Of a stretch of 64,000 bases of DNA, positions 58,127 through 64,000 are shown piece after piece. The position numbers and the translations under genes are program-made. The notes beneath the pieces were generated by a model that was given only the letters and a program-made list of their open reading frames with translations, did no database searches and was not told the origin of the DNA. This stretch comes from Octopus vulgaris. Taxonomy: Eukaryota. The stretch lies in the NCBI GenBank assembly GCA_951406725.2, contig OX597827.1, positions 64,108,001 to 64,172,000 on the forward strand, in the 5' to 3' direction. Within the stretch, counting starts at the first letter, position 1. Every line of letters starts with the position of its first letter.

Positions 58127-58515
58127 GTGGAGGCGCAATGGCCCAGTGGTTAGGGCAGCGGACTCGCGGTCATAGGATCGTGGTTTCGATTCTCAGACCG
58201 GGCGTTGTGAGTGTTTATTGAGCGAAAACACCTAAAGCTTCACGAGGCTCCGGCAGGGGATGGTGGTGATCCCTGCTGTACTTTTTCACCACAACTTTCT
58301 CTCACTCTTACTTCCTGTTTCTGTTGTACCTGTATTTCAAGGGGCCGGCCTTGTCACTCTCTGTGTCACGCTGAATATCCCCGAGAACTACGTTAAGGGT
58401 GCACGTGTCTGTGGAGTGCATCAGCCACTTACACGTTAATTTCACGAGCAGGCTGTTCCGTTGTTTCGGATCAACCGGAACCCTCATCGTCGTAACCGAC
58501 GGAGTGCTTCTAAAA
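58127..58515 (+). mobile_element. SINE family A, full length
   Basis: Homology and TSD TTATTATTAGT. Confidence 0.9.
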
Positions 58516-58883
58516 TTATTATTAGTGTTCACTAATTTCTTATTTTTCTGTTATCTTTATTTTTTTCTTCCCAATCATTGTTTCTTCGTTTTTTTTCTTC
58601 CTTCTCTTCTTTTCTTTCTGTATCATTCCATTCTCGTTCTCGTGTTTGGTAGTGGTCAGTGGAAAAAGCTGTTTGATTTATTCATTTATACTTTCTTTCT
58701 TTGCTTCTTTGTTTTCCCCTTCTTTCTTTCTTTCCCTTTCTTTTTATTTATGTATTTATTTATTCATTCTTTTCGATCATTCCAGCCTTATTTACGAACA
58801 TCCCTCCACTCCCACATTCCACCTGCAACACAGTACCCTTTCTCTCTATCTATCTATCTATCTATCACTCAGTCTGTCTGTCA

Positions 58884-58931
<48 letters not shown>

Positions 58932-59012
58932 GTCTATCTATCTATCTATCTATCTATCTATATATATCTGATCCCAACCCCTATTATCTGATCCCAACCC
59001 CTATTATTTTAT

Positions 59013-59065
<53 letters not shown>

Positions 59066-59459
59066 TCTCTCACATTAAACACCCATTGTTTCACACTTTA
59101 TTTCTATCCGTCTTACAAACAATTCCTCACAGTACTTGTTTATCGCCATCACCACCACCACCACTGCCACCATTACCACTGTTGCTATTCCCGCTCACTG
59201 TCACCCTCCCCCACAACAAAATGACAAAATGACGTAGAAAGCCTCTTTGTGATCAGTTCATTTACTTGAAATAACAGTCTAATTTCCCTTAAATCACACG
59301 TTATCGTCTTAAATAAAGAAGAACAGATTGGACAATGTCGTTGCCGATTTCCCCCCATCCCCATTCCAAGACTAGATGATCACGGCTGGAACGACTTTGA
59401 TCGTTGGTCTGACTGATCAGGGCTAGCCTGGGGCTAAACAAAAAGAAAAACAAAACAAC

Positions 59460-60332
59460 AACCAGCATCATCATAACCATCACGACCATCATCATAATCA
59501 TCGCATTAACCATCAACACCATCACCATCACCATCACCATCATCACCATCATCACCATCATCACCACCATCATCACCATCATCATCATCATCATCATCAT
59601 CATCACCATCATCATCACCTTCACCATCACCACGACGACTACCATCACCAGAACCAATACCACCGTCAACAACATCACTCTGGGCAACAACAGCAACAAC
59701 AACAACAACAACTGTAACCTCAACAACAACGAGAACAACAACATTCCTATCTTTATCAACGTATGAAGCGCCGTTTCTATTTGCTGTCAAATTTCGCACC
59801 GCCGCCGCCATCTTATACAATCGACTCTCCTTCCTTCGTTAGCGCAACATGAAACACCTTTACACCACCACCACCACCACCACCACCACCATTACCAGCA
59901 ACACCACTATTACCAGCAACACCACCGCTACTATCACCATCACCGCCACCGCCACCATCATCATCACCACCACCACCATCACCACTGCCACCACTACATG
60001 CAAACCGTCACTCGCTGACTTGTTTTTCCACGCCTGAAGCCATCGCCTGGTGTCACCACGACAGTTGCCACACCGAAACCCACCCCCAAAACCTCACCAC
60101 TACCACCAGGTAAACAATAACAATAACAATAACATCAATAACAACAAACACTACGACGGCAATCAAATAACACCATCGCCACCACTGGCATGATATTACT
60201 GTAATCACGCAACCACCACCACCACCACAAGCACCACTACCTGCACCACCACCAGCAGCACCACAACCACCACCAGCACCACCACCACCACCACCACTAG
60301 CACCACAACCACCAACAGCAACACCACCACCT
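59460..60332. repeat. degenerate (CAT)/(CAC)/(CAA) low-complexity region
   Basis: Direct reading. Confidence 0.85.
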
Positions 60333-60344
60333 AATACTAAACTG

Positions 60345-60768
60345 GGATCTTTTCGGTTTGGACGGCAGTTTGTTTAAAATAATTTCCACGTAACTAAACA
60401 CTTTTAAACTTCGTATTCTGGTCGGATGTGTTTATAAAATATCTTTTTCTCTTGGCTTTATTGAGAAAATTCTATAGTTTGTAAGCTATTTGTTGTTTTT
60501 TTCTTCAATTTCAACCAATCAATGACGTCTATTGAGGTGAAAACATTCTGTGTCGTATGACTATGTCCCTCGTTTAAGAAACAGATTGGGTTTATTTACA
60601 TTTCTGAAGAAAAAAGATACCCTTCCCCCCACCCCTAACCCTAACCCTAACTAACCCTAACCCTAGAACAGATTGAAATGCAATAGATCGATACTAGGGT
60701 CATAATTATGAGTGAAAATTTCATATGACACCGCTAGAAAATAACTGCCGTTCAAACCGAAAAGATCC
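60345..60768. mobile_element. GG-ended MITE (Merlin-like) with internal (CCCTAA)n
   Basis: TIR GGATCTTTTCGGTTTG.ACGGCAGTT and a perfect 8-bp TSD CTAAACTG (60337-60344 / 60769-60776). Confidence 0.8.
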
Positions 60769-60934
60769 CTAAACTGGTATTTACTTTATCGATCTCGAAA
60801 AGATGAAATGCAAAGTCGACCTCGGCCAAATTTGGTGGTAAAGACGAATAAAACGCCGCTAAACATTTTGCATAGAGCGGCAACGGTTCTGCCAGTTTGC
60901 CGCCACGGTAATAATGATGATGATGATGAGGATG

Positions 60935-60986
<52 letters not shown>

Positions 60987-61003
60987 CGATGATGATGATA
61001 AAT

Positions 61004-61534
61004 GCCTCGTGGCTTCTGATCTTAACTGATTGGAAGTGTTATCATGTACATTGTTTTGTCTTGGTATAAAAGATGGGCTACAGCAAATATTCTGCTCAAT
61101 AGCACAGATTTGCTTGTCACTTATTTGACCTTAAACCAGTTGAGCATGTCTCTTAGTGGCTGACGATATGTGCATCTTTGATCATGAGCAGAAGTAGTGG
61201 GGGAGCATCATAGCCATGTGTTGAGAGGGATTCTTTGGGGTTTGAATAATTCACCTCTGGAAACATGGGTGTTTCGTTCAACATCCTTAAACAACCCTTA
61301 TTCAGGACCTTTTGAGCGGGATGAGTTACTCGACCAGAAGAAAATTCTAACTGGGCCCCACCTGCAAGGTCATGTGTTGTTTATCTTGATATGAGATCAC
61401 CATGTCGCGCACATATGGTTGTGATGTATGTACCTAGTGTACCCTTATCAGACGGGTTGTTATGATGGGTATACTGGGCTTCGTATATTTTACCCCAGTG
61501 TCACTTTGATGGCATGCACTGCTCTCACTCACCC
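61004..61534 (+). mobile_element. retroposon family D immediately upstream of the Dong-type LINE
   Basis: Homology; (AAT)n tail at 61535-61679. Confidence 0.85.

Positions 61535-64000
<2,466 letters not shown>

Noticed and set aside
60633-60665. True telomere or chromosome fusion scar
   Set aside because: Only about 5 units, and internal to a TIR/TSD-bounded element.

Overview
AT-rich, repeat-saturated animal genomic DNA. The SINE families and microsatellite load look like an octopod cephalopod (Octopus-like), which is an inference. One host gene is supported: a three-coding-exon Vax homeobox gene on the minus strand (45198-44970, 12814-12627, 8737-8531; about 207 aa; introns about 32.2 kb and 3.9 kb). 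The rest is mostly mobile DNA and microsatellites: three SINE families, an (AAT)n-targeted non-coding retroposon, an R4/Dong-type LINE at the right edge, RTE, CR1/L2, Penelope and Gypsy fragments, Tc1/mariner remnants, Helitrons, hAT and GG-ended MITEs. The main observations are: (1) a ~1.8 kb 22-bp minisatellite in Vax intron 1 in which nearly every unit pairs a TCF/LEF HMG site (CTTTGATC) with a Helper-like site (GCCGA[C/A]A), resembling a natural multimerised Wnt reporter; (2) at least five sequence-unrelated families of minimal Penelope-type hammerhead ribozymes, some with non-canonical cores and several inside long hairpins. No functional claim has been tested.
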